Origin: Rhina ancylostomus
Lineage: Eukaryota
Direction: 5' to 3'
NCBI GenBank assembly: GCA_030265395.1
Contig: JARFYF010000119.1
Location: forward strand, 44,876,979 to 44,940,978
DNA: 64,000 bases
The position numbers and the translations under genes were made by a program. Each line of letters begins with the position of its first letter. Position 1 is the stretch's first letter. The notes beneath the pieces are model-generated. The model had not been told where the DNA came from, made no database searches, and saw nothing but the letters and a program-made list of their open reading frames with translations. Below are positions 1 to 13,409 of the stretch, one piece after another.

Positions 1-480
1 TTGCGATTCACCCTGAATCCCATGCATCTTTATCCTCTGGATCAAGCTACCACGAGGGACCTTATCAAATGCCCAACTATAGTCCATGTAGATAACATTC
101 ACTGCCTTACCCTTGTCAAGCACCTTTGTCACCTCCTCAACAAACTCAGTCAAGTTTGTAAGGCATGACCTGCCCCGCACAAAGCCATGCTGACTGTCCC
201 GAAGCAGGCTGTGCCTTTCCAAATGTGCATAAATCCTATCCCTCAGTATCCTCTCCAATAGCTGCCCTACCACTACGTGAGGCTCACTGGCCTATAATTA
301 CCTGGATTATCCCTATTTCTCTTCTTGAATAAAGACACAACATTTGCTACTCTCCAATCCTCCGGGACCTCGCCTGTTGCTGGTGAGGACACAAAGGTCC
401 TTGTCAAAACCCCAGCAATCTCCTCACTCACTTCTTTCAGTATTCTGGGATATATGCTATCAGGCCCTGGGGACTTCTGA
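1..480 (-). mobile_element. CR1-clade LINE fragment, reverse transcriptase N-terminal part (decayed)
   Basis: Minus-strand translation gives ...NPGNYRPVSLT...DSQHGFVRGRSCLTNLTEFVEEVTKVLDKGKAVNVIYMDYSWAFDKVP..., which are CR1 ORF2 motifs; frame is disrupted. Confidence 0.9.
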
Positions 481-795
481 ATCTTTTCTGCAACTTCTTC
501 AGCTTAATCACATCCTTTCCATAACATGGTGATAAGAACTGTACAAAATAATATTCCAGGTGCAGTCCTGTACAGCTGGAACATGACATCCTAATTGTTG
601 TACTCAATGCCCCATCTCATGAAAGCAAGTGTGCATATGCCTTCACCACCCTGTCTACATCTGTCACCACTTTCAGGGAACTATGTATTTGTACCCTTCG
701 GTGTCTCTGTTTTGTAACACTCTCCAGAGACCTGTCATTTACTCTGTATGTCCTTCACATAAATGCATCACTTCAGACTTGTCTGAGTTAAATTT
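481..795 (-). mobile_element. Second CR1 fragment (post-RT region), not colinear with the first
   Basis: Resembles the CR1 segment around GIEY..DVM.QLY on the minus strand; lies 5' of the RT N-terminal piece, so probably a separate insertion or a rearrangement. Confidence 0.6.
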
Positions 796-2090
796 ACCTG
801 CTTGTCTGAGTTAAATAATCTGACTGGTGGACAAAAGTGCCAAGTCCAATTTTGGATCTGCTAGATTTTATCCAGAAATGATCTCTCGTGGGATCTACTT
901 ATAATAAAATTGAATTTGGGTCACATTGCACCAACAAAAAAGGGACAATACAAACCAATTTCTAGGTTGCAACCTGGAACACAATGTAAGTGGAATCAAN
1001 NNNNNNNNNNNNNNNNNNNNNNNNNNNNNNNNNNNNNNNNNNNNNNNNNNNNNNNNNNNNTAGATAACGTAAATGTATCAAGGCTCTATGTTATTTTTTT
1101 TCTCCAAATTCAGTTAGACTATTCATTACATAGGAATAAATTACTAAATGTTGCTTGGATAGCAAATGTTGAATAAATCTACTGCAGTGGTATCCCTCAG
1201 TTTGGGGACAGTATCATGAACGACAGACCCTTGCATGAAGTGTAGCTGATCTTGAGAAAGCCAAAGAAAGATTCACTTTGAGGAGCCCTGGCCTGGAGCA
1301 TCTGCTGATAACCAGCATGGGTTAAAATATCCCCTGATATGGGGTGCCATGAGGAGTTGTTGAGGGATTTAGATTAGGAAATCAGTTGATTTGGGATGGA
1401 AAATATGCAAAGATCTGCAGATAAAGAACTTTTCAAAGCAAAGGCTAACAATGGAAAAGACTTGTGCTTGGACACTTGGAATGTTGTATCTGCATCTGTA
1501 AAGTGGATTTCTGTGAATCTGGCATGAAAGAATAGCTTGCACCCTGTTGGTATGTATTAATTGGACTTTGCCGTTCTCTTGGACCATGCTAAGTCATGTG
1601 TTATATTAAGTTGTTGATTTTGTTTTTGTTTAGATGCATGTATGTGAATCCAACTTGGGGCTTCTAAGTTACCTCTCAGATCACAAGGATGGTGTAAAGT
1701 TGTTATTTTTTGCTTTAGCTAACATTCTTGCCTTAACTCGAGAAGGATTCATCGAACATGTGAAGTGACTTAAGGTTCACAGTTGGTATTCTTAGTTTAC
1801 TGACGAGAGGTGCAAGCTCAATATTAATGTTGTTTGATGTATCAGAAGGCCAAGTGGTGGTAATTGGTGCTAAGGGTTGAAGAAATGAAAGAAGGGTTGT
1901 TTCTGTTGTTTCAGGAGATGGAAACCAGTCATGTGATGGTAACAATAAGAGTTCAAGCAAATCCCATGATAAGGTTTTAAATGGTATATTTTCTCATTAA
2001 TAGCTCTCTGTCATACTCGGATGATACATTAAATGCCAGACTATGTTTCAGAAATCTGCTGCTAGTGACTGACTAGTTTAATTCAAATTA

Positions 2091-2338
2091 GGGGCGGCAT
2101 GGTAGCGCAGCGGTTAGAGTTACACTATTACAGCGCCAGCAATCGGGTTTCGATTCCCGTCGCTGTCTGTAAGGAGTTTGTACGTTCTCCTGTGTCTGCA
2201 TGGGTTTCCTCCGGGTGCTCCGGTTTCCTTCCACATTCCAAAGACGTACAGATAGGTTAACATGGGTTTAATAAAAAATGGCTGGTGCGAACTCGTTGGG
2301 CCGGAAGGGCCTGTTACCACGCTGTAAATAAAAAAAAT
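2091..2338 (+). mobile_element. Near-intact tRNA-derived V-SINE (HE1-like)
   Basis: A box TGGTAGCGCAGCGG, B box GGTTTCGATTCCC, V-domain GTTCTCCTGTGTCTGCATGGGTTTCCTCCGGGTGCTCCGGTTTCC, CR1/HER1-like tail GGGCCGGAAGGGCCTGTT and an A-rich end. Confidence 0.9.
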
Positions 2339-5300
2339 CTATCAACTTCCAAGGGATAATAAGAGGAAAGTTTAAAAAGAACACCTTCATTTTGTTTTTG
2401 GGTAACAAGACTCATAAATGGGACAAGCAGACGCATTTAAGACTTTAGAAACAAGTCAAACTGTATCAGTTTGAAAACATGGAAATTAAGTTGGAAGCTA
2501 CTTGACGTTTTTATTTTTCAAAATGCTTTTCATAGCAAAATGGTTCACATATTCTAACAGGGGTGTATCCTGTTATTACCTAGAAATGGATTATTTGTAT
2601 TCAATAGTTTGGTCCATTTTGTTTAGTAGAGTTTTGAAAGTTAAACTCTTGGCTTTGTATGGAGTACTATCCAATGAGATTTATCATATACTGCAAAGAG
2701 AACTAAGTACTCATGGGATAAAAAAAATGTTATTTTAAGTAAAATCATTGTCCAAATGGTACACAAAATACCTCAGAAGTGGTGCATGAAATTATTCTTG
2801 TTTCCACTAGAATAGAAATGCATATTGCATTAGACTGTCTAGTCACATGCTGAGTATCTTGCAAAGATTATCACATGCCAGTCACACTAAGCCTCAGTAG
2901 TGCCGCTCTGTATCATTAGTTTCAGCATCAATTAATACTCTCCTGACCTTATCTTTTGTAAAACTTACGGAGAATTATCGGTGCATATTGTTCAGAGCTT
3001 GCGAGAAAACATTATGCCAGTATATGATCTAAAAATTGTAGACCAAACAACAGATTTTCTCATCTGCAGCACTGAATGCATTTCCATAAGCCTTGAGGAC
3101 AAATAACGGGGAAGACTGAATAGCCCAGGTGGTAAAGAAAGACTTAGAGGTATAATGGAAGGTTAACATTCCAGATGGGATACGGAAGATCAACAGCAGC
3201 TGAAAATGTTGATCCGCTATGTGTGCAAACTNNNNNNNNNNNNNNNNNNNNNNNNTGATCTCCTGATTAAAGGATCTGCTGTGTACACTGGTCAACCTTT
3301 ATCCTGAACCCTTATTAGACTTCATTTTTTTTTCGCCCCACACTGCATTAACATTATTGAAAGGGTCTGACATTTGCAGTTAACTCCTTCCTAACTACTG
3401 GGTCTTTACAATTTTCAGAGTACTGTTAAATTTTCTTTCACACATTAGTAGAAGTGCTTTTCAGGGAATTCTTCCCTCGTGGAAAAAGTGCCGTTGTCCA
3501 GAATGATGTTTAATTAGCAATTTCTGGATAAAGAAAAAAAACATTGTAGTTGTGATAATGTTCAAGCAGTATATTAAATAATGCCCAATTTCTGAAATAT
3601 AGGCCTTCAGGGCACTGAAAGGTCTTGACCCTCTGAATGAGGTAGAATTTTTTTAGTTTCCCGAATTGTGTCCTTTATACTTAGGTAAGCATTTTCATAA
3701 AGCTATTCTAATATTCTTAAAGATATCTCTGTACAAATAAATGCCTAAAATGTTATTTTTTAATCAATTTTAATTTTATAGTTCAATATTCCTCTATTCT
3801 TGATGGATTGNNNNNNNNNNTGCCATTAGTTCTGTACTTAAATGAGAATGAACAATTTCTGACTAACATTTCTTCTGATGGGCTTGTTTAACTGGTGCCC
3901 AGTCAAGCAGAAACAATGAGGGAAGGTGCTGTGAGGCAGCTTGTAAGAGACTCGGGGTCTGGGGCTGCAGTTCAACATGTCAACAGTGGTTGAGGCAGCA
4001 TTCTCAAACAATACTTTTGTTTTAAATAGAATGCATTTTGTGTTTGGAGCAGTAATCTATGCAGCTAATAACCATTACTCATATTTTGTTACTACTTTTC
4101 TAACCTGGTCTCGTTTGACTGGATCCAACAACCTTCCCCTGCTTTCTTTTTTGAAGTCCCAATACAGCCATTAGATACTTGTTTTGAAGTAGACAGATGT
4201 TGGACCTGACCAAAGCAAAATACATTTGATGATATATTGTGTGCAAAAGAATTATTAACATATAATTGTTTGATTACATGTCAAATTCTTTGCTCAAATA
4301 ACAAGAGGCCCTGTGGTTTCCTGGCAATGAGGTGGTTGCATGGACTATAAGTACCAGAGCTAGTAATTCACTCCTAGGGCTTTCTCCAACTAAAACATTT
4401 ATGATATAGTTTTGGCTTGGGTTGTGGTAGTCATTGAAGTAGAGTGGCTACTTATTAGCTGAGATCTCGGCTGCTGATGCTGATAGTTGTGATAAAAGGC
4501 GCTTGTGATTCGAAAAGAAAGCTACACCCAGCAAATGAATGGGGTGGGGGAGCAAACAAACTCCACCAGGAAACGCAGGGAAACTGCTACCCAATCAATA
4601 TGAAAATGCAGTTCCTGTCAAAATGTTATTCTATAGAATTTATTTTCCCATTGTGTCTTACTATTCCCCCCACACGTGGTGTAATATAATACTATTAATA
4701 TGGAAAGAGACCAACTGTTTTCACTTCAGGTCAGCTTACTTGGAACTGTCCAGTGTTTCCAATCCAGAAATGTGCTGGGAGCTATGAATAAATCTGAACA
4801 CAGATGGCAATTTAGGAATGGTACTGTTTAAGATCCACGTGTTAATTTATTCAGGTGTAGTATAGTTTCAGGGAAACTCGCTCTGCTTAGAGGAGAGGTC
4901 ATGGCGCACAAAATTAAAAGAGAAGAGATGGAGACGCCTTAGATTCCATCAGTTAATAAACAAATATTTTAGAATGTATAATACCAGGATATAGTGAAAT
5001 TAAGATAATTATTGCACTTTATCAGTCCTTCGCATATATCAGCATCAGACTGCAGCGTCACTGAATTTGGAAGCAAGTGACGTTCACCCAAGCAGGACAG
5101 AAATAAATGCCCTCTTTGATAAAAAAAACAGACAATTTATGTATACCCTGAANNNNNNNNNNNNNNNNNNNNNNNNNNNNNNNNNNNNNNNNNNNNNNNN
5201 NNNNNNNNNNNNNNNNNNNNNNNNNNNNNNNNNNNNNNNNNNNNNNNNNNNNNNNNNNNNNNNNNNNNNNNNNNNNNNNNNNNNNNNNNNNNNNNNNNNN

Positions 5301-8300
5301 NNNNNNNNNNNNNNNNNNNNNNNNNNNNNNNNNNNNNNNNNNNNNNNNCTGCCTGTGGCAGCAATAGTNNNNNNNNNNNNNNNNNNNNNNNNNNNNNNNN
5401 NNNNNNNNNNNNNNNNNNNNNNNNNNNNNNNNNNNNNNNNNNNNNNNNNNNNNNNNNNNNNNNNNNNNNNNNNNNNNNNNNNNNNNNNNNNNNNNNNNNN
5501 NNNNNNNNNNNNNNNNNNNNNNNNNNNNNNNNTTTAGAGATCAGCAAACTTCACATTTAATAAACTGTATCAGATTATTAAACTTAAGTGCACTGTTTAG
5601 AGAAAACATGCAAAACATTTTTGGCTCTTCATTAAGTTAAGGTAAAACCAGTGAGTGAGTTGCTGCAGCATTTGCGTTTCATAAGGAACAGTTGTTTTTC
5701 TTACTCCTGCAGCCTATTTCTTGTACAGCAAAGGCCACAGCACGAAAGCATAATGGGAAATATGAGCAACGGTCAAATTATAGCTATAAAATGAAACTAC
5801 AGACAGTTTGTGGAAACACAGTGAAATCTGTGAACTGTACTGTCTTCATGATAATTTGAAACAGTATTCTTCCAAAGGCATATACCTCGGAATTTTTAGT
5901 AAAAGATAAATCTAGCCTTAGGCAACTCAGTTATTTCATGCTTTAATACAGATTTATAAAGGCTTTAATCAATAACTAAAGGGTTCGATTTTGTCGTAAC
6001 AGAAAGAGTATTATTGCATTGAAAGAAAGTGAGATTTGTAACTGCTTGTTGTATAACCTGTTTTATATCCCATTATATTCTATTCATGATAAATAATCTA
6101 TCAACTCCAAAATGTTATATTTGACAAATACCAGGAATGCTAGCATTATGGAAATTCATCAAATATGTTACCCATATAAAGTTGATACTTTAATTAAAAA
6201 AAAAGACCCATATAGTGGAAAAAAACATTTGCATGCCTTAACTTTTGACAAGCTGCATCTTGGTAGAATACAAACATTTAAGGCCATGATTATTTTTTGT
6301 CACTTTATCTGAGCTGTCAAAACTAATGTTGGTTTTATAGAGCTTTTAAAACTTTATCATTCTGCAAAATATCAGTTCCATCTGAACTCAGAAGTGTTGA
6401 ATTTTTTATATATCTAATGGCTGTACAAATATAAATGGTTCTTTAACTGTTTTTAAACCTTTGCTGTTCATTGCAGTGAATCTGAATCTTTTTTTAAAAA
6501 GTGCATGAAGTTAATGATAAACTTACAATTGTTTGATATGGGACAGCTTTAAGCTGCAGTATACTCACAGGCTGCAAAATAACCATCCAGTTATCTGTTT
6601 GAAGTAGAATTTTTGGATTGATTGCAAAGGTTCGATTTTAGCAGGGAAAAAAACTGGCAGTGTGCAACATGCTATTTAACCTGCATTTCAACCTGCCGCA
6701 CTAGACTGTCCAGCCTAGTTCTTTGTTCTTCCTTGGGTTAATGGAAATTGAGAAGATGGGCAGAGAAGATGCAGTGTAATTTTCTGCTATTTAAGCTTGG
6801 TGAAATGGCACTCTTCAGGAAGCAGCAGAAGTATGAAACTGTAATAGGCATTTTAAAAGTAGGAGTCCATATAGATGCTTCAGGGATTCTCAGATTTAGG
6901 CATGCATAGAATTTGGAATGAGATAATCAGCATTGTGAAATTGAAACCTGTCTGCTGCCTGCTGCTGTTACTCTTCTCACTGCAGAATGATTTGTAACAC
7001 TCATCTTCTTGAAGCAATGCAGCCTTCAAGATTATCCAGCACTGTCAATAGTAATTGTGAAAGTATTTTATTACCGACAGAAATCAAGGATATTTATAAC
7101 CAGCAGAGATTCAGTTTCAATGCTGAACTATGAAAAAGCAATCTTTTCTTGGAATATGCAGCTTTTCCTAATCTTTTTTAACATGGTGATTGTATGACTG
7201 TGTTTTGTGTTATTTTAAACCAAATCTGGAAGAAAGAGGGGGGAAAAATCCCAAGAATTCAAGGGAAAATTGTGATGCCATCAGTGAGATTCTGGGCCAT
7301 TATTTATAGGTGATAAGCAATCATGAGAATATCTTTGCTAAGGAAATGTGACTTTTAAGTAAAATACGTATAAGATATTATTAAAAAAACTCCGAATAAT
7401 CCCAATCAACAACTACGAAACTAGTACTTTGCTTTAATTCCAGGTCTTTGGTTGAAATTAGAGGGAATAACTAGTTAGCAACAAAGTGTTTCTGTACTTG
7501 CCTATTAAGCAGAATGCCACCTACTTCAGCCAGAAAAGCTTTAATATTTTTTGGGCATGCCACTAGGTGGAGTGTCACACAAAAGGAAGGTTTTCAGGGA
7601 GTTGGGGGAAGAAAGACAACCAGATAATGTACAGTTTAACTGCTGGAATTAAAAGTCTTGCCAACTGATTAATGGCTAGTGATTGCAGAGCAGACTACAA
7701 CCCCAGACCTTCATTGTGTCACAGCTGGAGAACAATTCCTGATGGCCCATGACGGCTGAGGGTGATGTTTCACATTACATTACACTATTCCAGCTCGACT
7801 GTGAGCAGATCGAAGCCAGAGGCAATGTGCAGTGATTTGTCAGAAACAATGAGCAAGACCATGATGTGTGATATTGCATTAAATCATCCCAGGTAGACAA
7901 TGAACTGTAATGTTGCATTACAATGACCTGGATGGAGAATGGAATGTGACACTGTATGTAACCTGCAGGTAGAGAAAGATGCACAATGCTCCATTACAAC
8001 ATCCCAGCAACAACATGAGTGTTGACACGGGATAATGGTGAAAGCACAACCTTCCAGATGCACCAGGGGTTTTTCATTGCACTGTGATAGATGGAGAATG
8101 AGCATGAGTGAGCGTAGAATAAAAAAAACCTATAAAAATGCCTTTAGTTGCTTATAAATAACATTAAAGGCTTAATAATTAGAGATTTCTCTGGGAGTAT
8201 TATTCCATCATTTTTTCTGAAAATTGACTAATTTTGGACTTTAACCTCAGGAGTTATTCATTATGTATGAGTTTAAGTTGTGATTGGCTGCAGGCTTTTA

Positions 8301-8599
8301 GTGCTTTACTTCCAAATCCAATGTCGTCTGAATTCCAACATCACCACGTGTCTGTGTGTAGGGGCCAACCGGCAGTGGATGCTTAGCTAATTTCTTTCTT
8401 TAATGCTTCCATCCCAGGCAGCGATTTTTAGCACCCTGTCAGCTACCCCAACCCGACACAGAATGAGTATGAGTTCTTCTAGTGCTGCACTCAATATCAC
8501 ATTTATGTAGCAAATTATCAGGAGAATTTAATTTCCCCTTTCTTTAAATAAAAATCCACAAATGGGCTGTTAACAATCAGTTATTTGTTCCCTGAATAA

Positions 8600-8765
8600 G
8601 AAAATAGCAATTTGGGGTAGGCTTAAGCCATTTGGTCCCTTAAGCTTGTTCTGACATTAAATAGGATGCTTGATCTCTACCTTCACACCCAATCCCTATG
8701 TCTTTAGATGCACTTGAATAGACTGGATGGGCCAGCCAAACTTTGAATGGCATTCTGTGATTTTT
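8600..8765. mobile_element. Decayed CR1-type 3' tail remnants
   Basis: GCCATTTGGTCCCTTAAGCTTGTTCTGACATTAAATAGGAT resembles the reverse complement of a CR1 3' UTR; it is followed by a short + strand tail-like GATGGGCC. Confidence 0.45.
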
Positions 8766-9572
8766 ATTGCAGGAAGTAAATGTCTAATTTCAGGAAGTTG
8801 CCTCCTTTACAATTTTTGAAGGTATCTGAAAAACTAGATGAAATTACCAGCTTGCTAACCTACAAGAGCTTAGGTACAAATGCCGACCGCGTCATGAGAT
8901 TTGTATTTGGCACCTTGCCAATTGAAGTGTTCCAAGTTCATTGCACTGCTTGGCTAATGTGAGGTCAGTTAAAGGAAGGTTGCAACGTGAAAACTGAGCT
9001 GTTTATCTTCAGTGTATAATTCTGGATCGAGTGTTGCAACATTCATCTCTCGGAAATGGCGTGGCTGTATTTGCAGAAAGATGCACATGATAATCTTGTA
9101 CTGGAGTGTGAGCACAGGGAGCTGGCCTGTTTCTGTTACAGGAGATCGAAGTAAAGCTTAATAACACTAAACCAATGCCTGTTTGAAAGATTTGTTTTAC
9201 AAAACCTTTAAAACTGCTTTGGATGTACATGCATTGATTTTGTTGAATTCTCTTGAGCTTTGATGCAAAAGCAGATTCCATAGATTCCACATTCCAATGA
9301 CTCCTCCCCTTTCCTGCAGTTTGCTTCCATAAATGCAAAAAGATTAAGGAATTTTATCATGATTCTGAAATAATCAGTGACATAGGGTAATAATCTTGGC
9401 CTTGAGCCAGTGTTATTGTTTTCTTAGGTCACACAATCAGTTCAAACAATTCTTATTGACTTTCACTTGCTGTGTTCTGCCATTACACAAAGTTTGTGTT
9501 ATTAATCAAAACCATATGCCGTAAATTGCCATCGAAAATTAAATTCATTGCCTCTGCCACATACAGATATAT

Positions 9573-9711
9573 CTCCACTGAAGAAATGTGAAAGAAAACT
9601 TTCTCAATTTGTGAAATGAATATTCAGTTATTTGATATATATCATGTATTGAGAAATGAATATTCACTTCACAAATTTGGAAAGTTCTTCGTTCACATTA
9701 CTTCACTGGAG
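9573..9711. repeat. Imperfect inverted repeat (about 54-bp arms, about 30-bp spacer)
   Basis: Left arm CTCCACTGAAGAAATGTGAAAGAAAACTTTCTCAATTTGTGAAATGAATATTCA; reverse complement of right arm CTCCAGTGAAGTAATGTGAACGAAGAACTTTCCAAATTTGTGAAGTGAATATTCA. Confidence 0.9.
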
Positions 9712-11749
9712 GCTTAATAAACATTGAGTTGAAGATGTTAAAACATCAATAGCTTTCTGAAGCTGAGTTCAAATGTCCTGCAGCCATTGACCCATTATGT
9801 TACACAGATGTTACAAAGCAATGTACGTCAACAGCAAGAAGTAAATAGTATAATTTTTAATAGATTTAACCTCTGGTAAGTCCAGGTTTTGACTCAGACA
9901 GTACGCAATACTAATATTGCTCAAGGTGAGCTGCTCATGTTTTATTCTGCTGTGTGATTGAGGATTAATGTATAAAGGCATATGTCATCCAACAGAATAG
10001 GAAGATATTTCCAAGGCTAAAAAAGTGAACACTAGTCCCTGATTAGGATAGTTTTTTCTGCTCCCCTTTTTATTGGCATTGAAATAAACATTGTTATATG
10101 GCTCACTTGCTACTACTGAAATAGGCATTGGAAAATATTTATTTTCAGTAAGCATTATGCAGATAAGGCTTTGTATATAATTCCATTGTGTGATCCATGA
10201 CCCATGCAGGATATGAATCTAGCAGCTGGGAGCTCGCTAATTATTTGTTAAAGATACACAGTATGGGTGTAGTATACATAATTTAACAGTTTAGCATCCT
10301 GCTCATAGTCTTTGGAATTAGAATTTTTTCCCCCCCCACTAATCTCTTTAAAACTGGCACCCAAGTTCAAATGTCTTTATGGAGGAGGCAGTGAGGTAAT
10401 ACTTTTCTCTTTCCCACAGAGAGGTTTGAAGATTGGCAAGTGAGTAATTTCAACTATCAGCCACTTCTCAGCAACTGGCTCGAACAGCTAGACAGCTCAA
10501 GATTTTTGACAATCATTCCCTTCACAGAAATAATTTTTTGGCATTGAGTTATGTTTAAAGGTTATGCATTATAACCAAGTGAATTTGAGCACATTTACAA
10601 AAAAAAGTGTACAAGTTGGAGGTTTTGAAGACCATGCATTAATGCCAGATGAGCTGTTTAAAGAATAGCTATCTGTTTGAAACAGTTACAGCAAGGAACT
10701 GTTGTGTGATCCAAGCCTATTAACCAGGGTGACTGGAGAAGTTAAGCAATTTTTCACTTGCTCTAGCATGCCCACCAGAATTTAGTTTTATACTCCTGAT
10801 TTATGCAATGCAATTTACAATTGGGAAGGGCAAACACAATCCTAATTGTAAAGTACATGGAACAATAATGTAAGAGATCGACATTGCCGCTCATAAGAGA
10901 AGATGTAAAACAGGTGCAACGCCTCTGGCAGGGACCTAGGAGTAGGTTCATCCTCCAGGACAGATTGGGAAAGAGGGGAGAGAGTGAACTTCAAAAGGGG
11001 TAGAAAAATAAAACTTGCTCAGTTGAAAGCAATTACAAATGGAAATATTAGTTAAGCATTTTCATATTGTTTAATTTCCAAAAAGTTGAAAGTTTGTGTT
11101 GGACTAGCTAAAACAGAGCAAAGCAAGGAAAATAAATTCAGCCTGTGATTTCAAATGTGTCTACGGTACTTGCCAGTAAACAATCATGAGATCCAAATAG
11201 ATTTAAAAAAGACAAATACAGCCAGTCTGAATTATTTGGCAAACTATTTTTTAATCCAGATTAGATATATTCAAAGTTTGGAGTAAAATCAATTGGCAGT
11301 TCATCCAAGGTCATTTTTGTACTTTGGAGCACAGGTGACCTATCTGCAAAGAGCCAAAAGTGTCCTCTGGAGAAAAACACCAAAGGATTGCAGCAAGTAT
11401 CTAGACCAGACCACTTCCAGCCAACTAACCTACAGTATACTTTAGCAGCTTTGGATAAAATATATGTGTAAAAGGGAATTCCATTGTCAGAGAAGCCTTT
11501 ATCTCAACAAATGATTTCAGGTGAGACATTGGCACTACAGAAATCAGAATAAGGAATGTCACAGAACAAATATTATAAACTTTAGGCAAGGAAATAGAAC
11601 AGTTAGACGTTGTTGAATTGGCACAGAAAGGAAGTATGTTACAATTGGAAGTTTTGACAATTAGATGCATTAAGGAGCAGAAGCTGGAGGATACTAATTT
11701 TCCAGTTCCACTAGAGGGTTAAATATGTGATGTTAAAATGGTGTAGGAA

Positions 11750-13400
11750 GACAGGATTCAGATTCCTTAGCAATGGGATCAGTTAGAGCCATTTGAGGGT
11801 ATGATATCATAGCTCTGCAAGACATACCAACCTTGAGCTAGTGCTGAGTATTCCGTAGAGGGACAGGGTAGGAAGAAAGAAAGGAGGGTGGCAATATTAT
11901 TCAAAGATTCAATTACATCACTGAATCTTGGGAATCATTGCTGGAGATGGTCCAAAAACAGAATATGTTTGGTTACAGTTGAGGAATATGAAGGGAATAA
12001 TTATTCTTTTGAAAGAAAATGATAAATCACAGTGCTGTGGACAGGAGATAGAAGAAGGGGAATGCAGATTAATTAGTGAAAATGGAGTAACATTAATTGG
12101 TAACTTCAATTATCAGAAATCAGACTGAGGTAAGAGCAATGTAACATAACAGAATTGAGGAACCTCTGCAATATACTTGGGACTGCTTCCTAGATCAGCA
12201 TGTTGTAATCCATCACGGAAAGTCATGGTCCAGAAAATGAAATAGTGCAAGTTGTTAATATAGTGGTAAGGAAACTTCTCAGAAACAGGAACCATCAGAT
12301 ATATGAACATTGACATGAAAATTTGAAGATGAATCAATCCAAGATTGACTGAGAAAAGGCAACTTCAATGAGATGAAAAGGAAGAAAAATGCTCAGATAA
12401 AAACAGATGGAGAGACATAAAGTATTAGCCAGCAGTGGAAGACATTCAGACAGGAATTGATTCATACTGACAAGCCATATTACAACAAGATAATAACTGC
12501 TCTTTCAATTCTAGGGCAATTATGGATGGACAATAAATGCTGGCATAGCCAGCAACATCCACATCCCATGAATGAATAAATAACAAAAGGATGTGGAGGT
12601 GTTCAGCAAAAACTGGAGTTCCTTAGTTGTAAAGAAAAATGAAAAATAATAGTAATACAAAAAAAGAGGCCTAAATGCTCTGGGGTTTAGACAAATGAGG
12701 TGATTTCAATGTAACAAATAAGATTCTGAGAGAGTTTGACAGTAGGTGCTGTGAAGATATTTCCTGAGATGGAGGACGATGGAATTGAAGGAATAATCTC
12801 AGAATGAGGCTTTGGCAATCTAAAATTGGGTTGAGGAGCAATTCTTCTCTCAGAGGATTGCAGGTGTTTGGAATGTCTACCCCAGAGAGCTGTGGATGCT
12901 GATCATTAAGTATATCCAATGCTGTAAAAGACTGAGTTTTGGACTATGGGTGAATGAAAAAAGAAAATGCTTGGAATTACTCAGTAGGTCAGGTAGCAGA
13001 AAAGTACAGTCAACATTTCAGGTCAAAACTCCAGGCAGTAGAGTTGAGCTCAAAAGTCAGATGTATCATTACCTTATTGAATGACGGGCAAGGCTGAAGG
13101 ATGCATGCGACCTTCTGCTTCTCCCATTTCTCAGGTCCTGTAACCTGGCATATCTAAGGACTGATAATGTAAAAGCAAACTGAGTGAACATACAAATGGA
13201 AGCAAAAAAGAAAATTAGAAAAGAGAGGTACAAATAAAGCCCATGATGTAACTGAAGGGGAAAAAGTAAAAGATTTTGGGTGGTATCCTAGAAATAGATG
13301 ACAAAGAAATAAAGATTAGGGGTCATTGAAGATTAAAAAAGGAAAATATTGTGGAGGATGGAAGAATTCTAAAGATACAAAAGGAATAATTTTCCTAGTT
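11750..13400 (+). mobile_element. Heavily decayed CR1 LINE cluster (endonuclease-like region plus 3' end) with nested repeats
   Basis: Remnant resembling R.DR..RKGGGVA near 11850-11900; CR1 3' end at 12690-13130 (TTCTTCTCTCAGAGGATTGCAGGTGTTTGGAATGTCTACCCCAGAG); a different LINE tail is nested at 12510-12585. Confidence 0.65.
12955..13032 (+). repeat. Half copy of the Penelope-like fold-back repeat nested in a CR1 tail
   Basis: GAAAATGCTTGGAATTACTCAGTAGGTCAGGTAGCAG...GTCAACATTTCAGGTC matches the left arm of the 17.2 kb and 22.8 kb elements. Confidence 0.65.
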
Positions 13401-13409
13401 TTACAGGTT

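Noticed and set aside
778-816. Direct repeat CTTGTCTGAGTTAAAT x2
   Set aside because: A local tandem duplication at the edge of a LINE fragment with only 7 nt between copies; no enclosed element
2091-2165. tRNA gene
   Set aside because: The A and B boxes belong to a SINE head that continues into a V-domain; no complete cloverleaf
3911-3988. Possible phase 1-1 exon (ETMREGAVRQ...)
   Set aside because: No polypyrimidine tract, weak GTTGAG donor and no convincing similarity to ZFHX proteins
5978-6640. Two copies of GGTTCGATTTT (B-box-like)
   Set aside because: No upstream A box or tRNA-like fold; match too short
7680-8100. Possible very old LINE fragment
   Set aside because: Faint resemblance only; no readable protein motif
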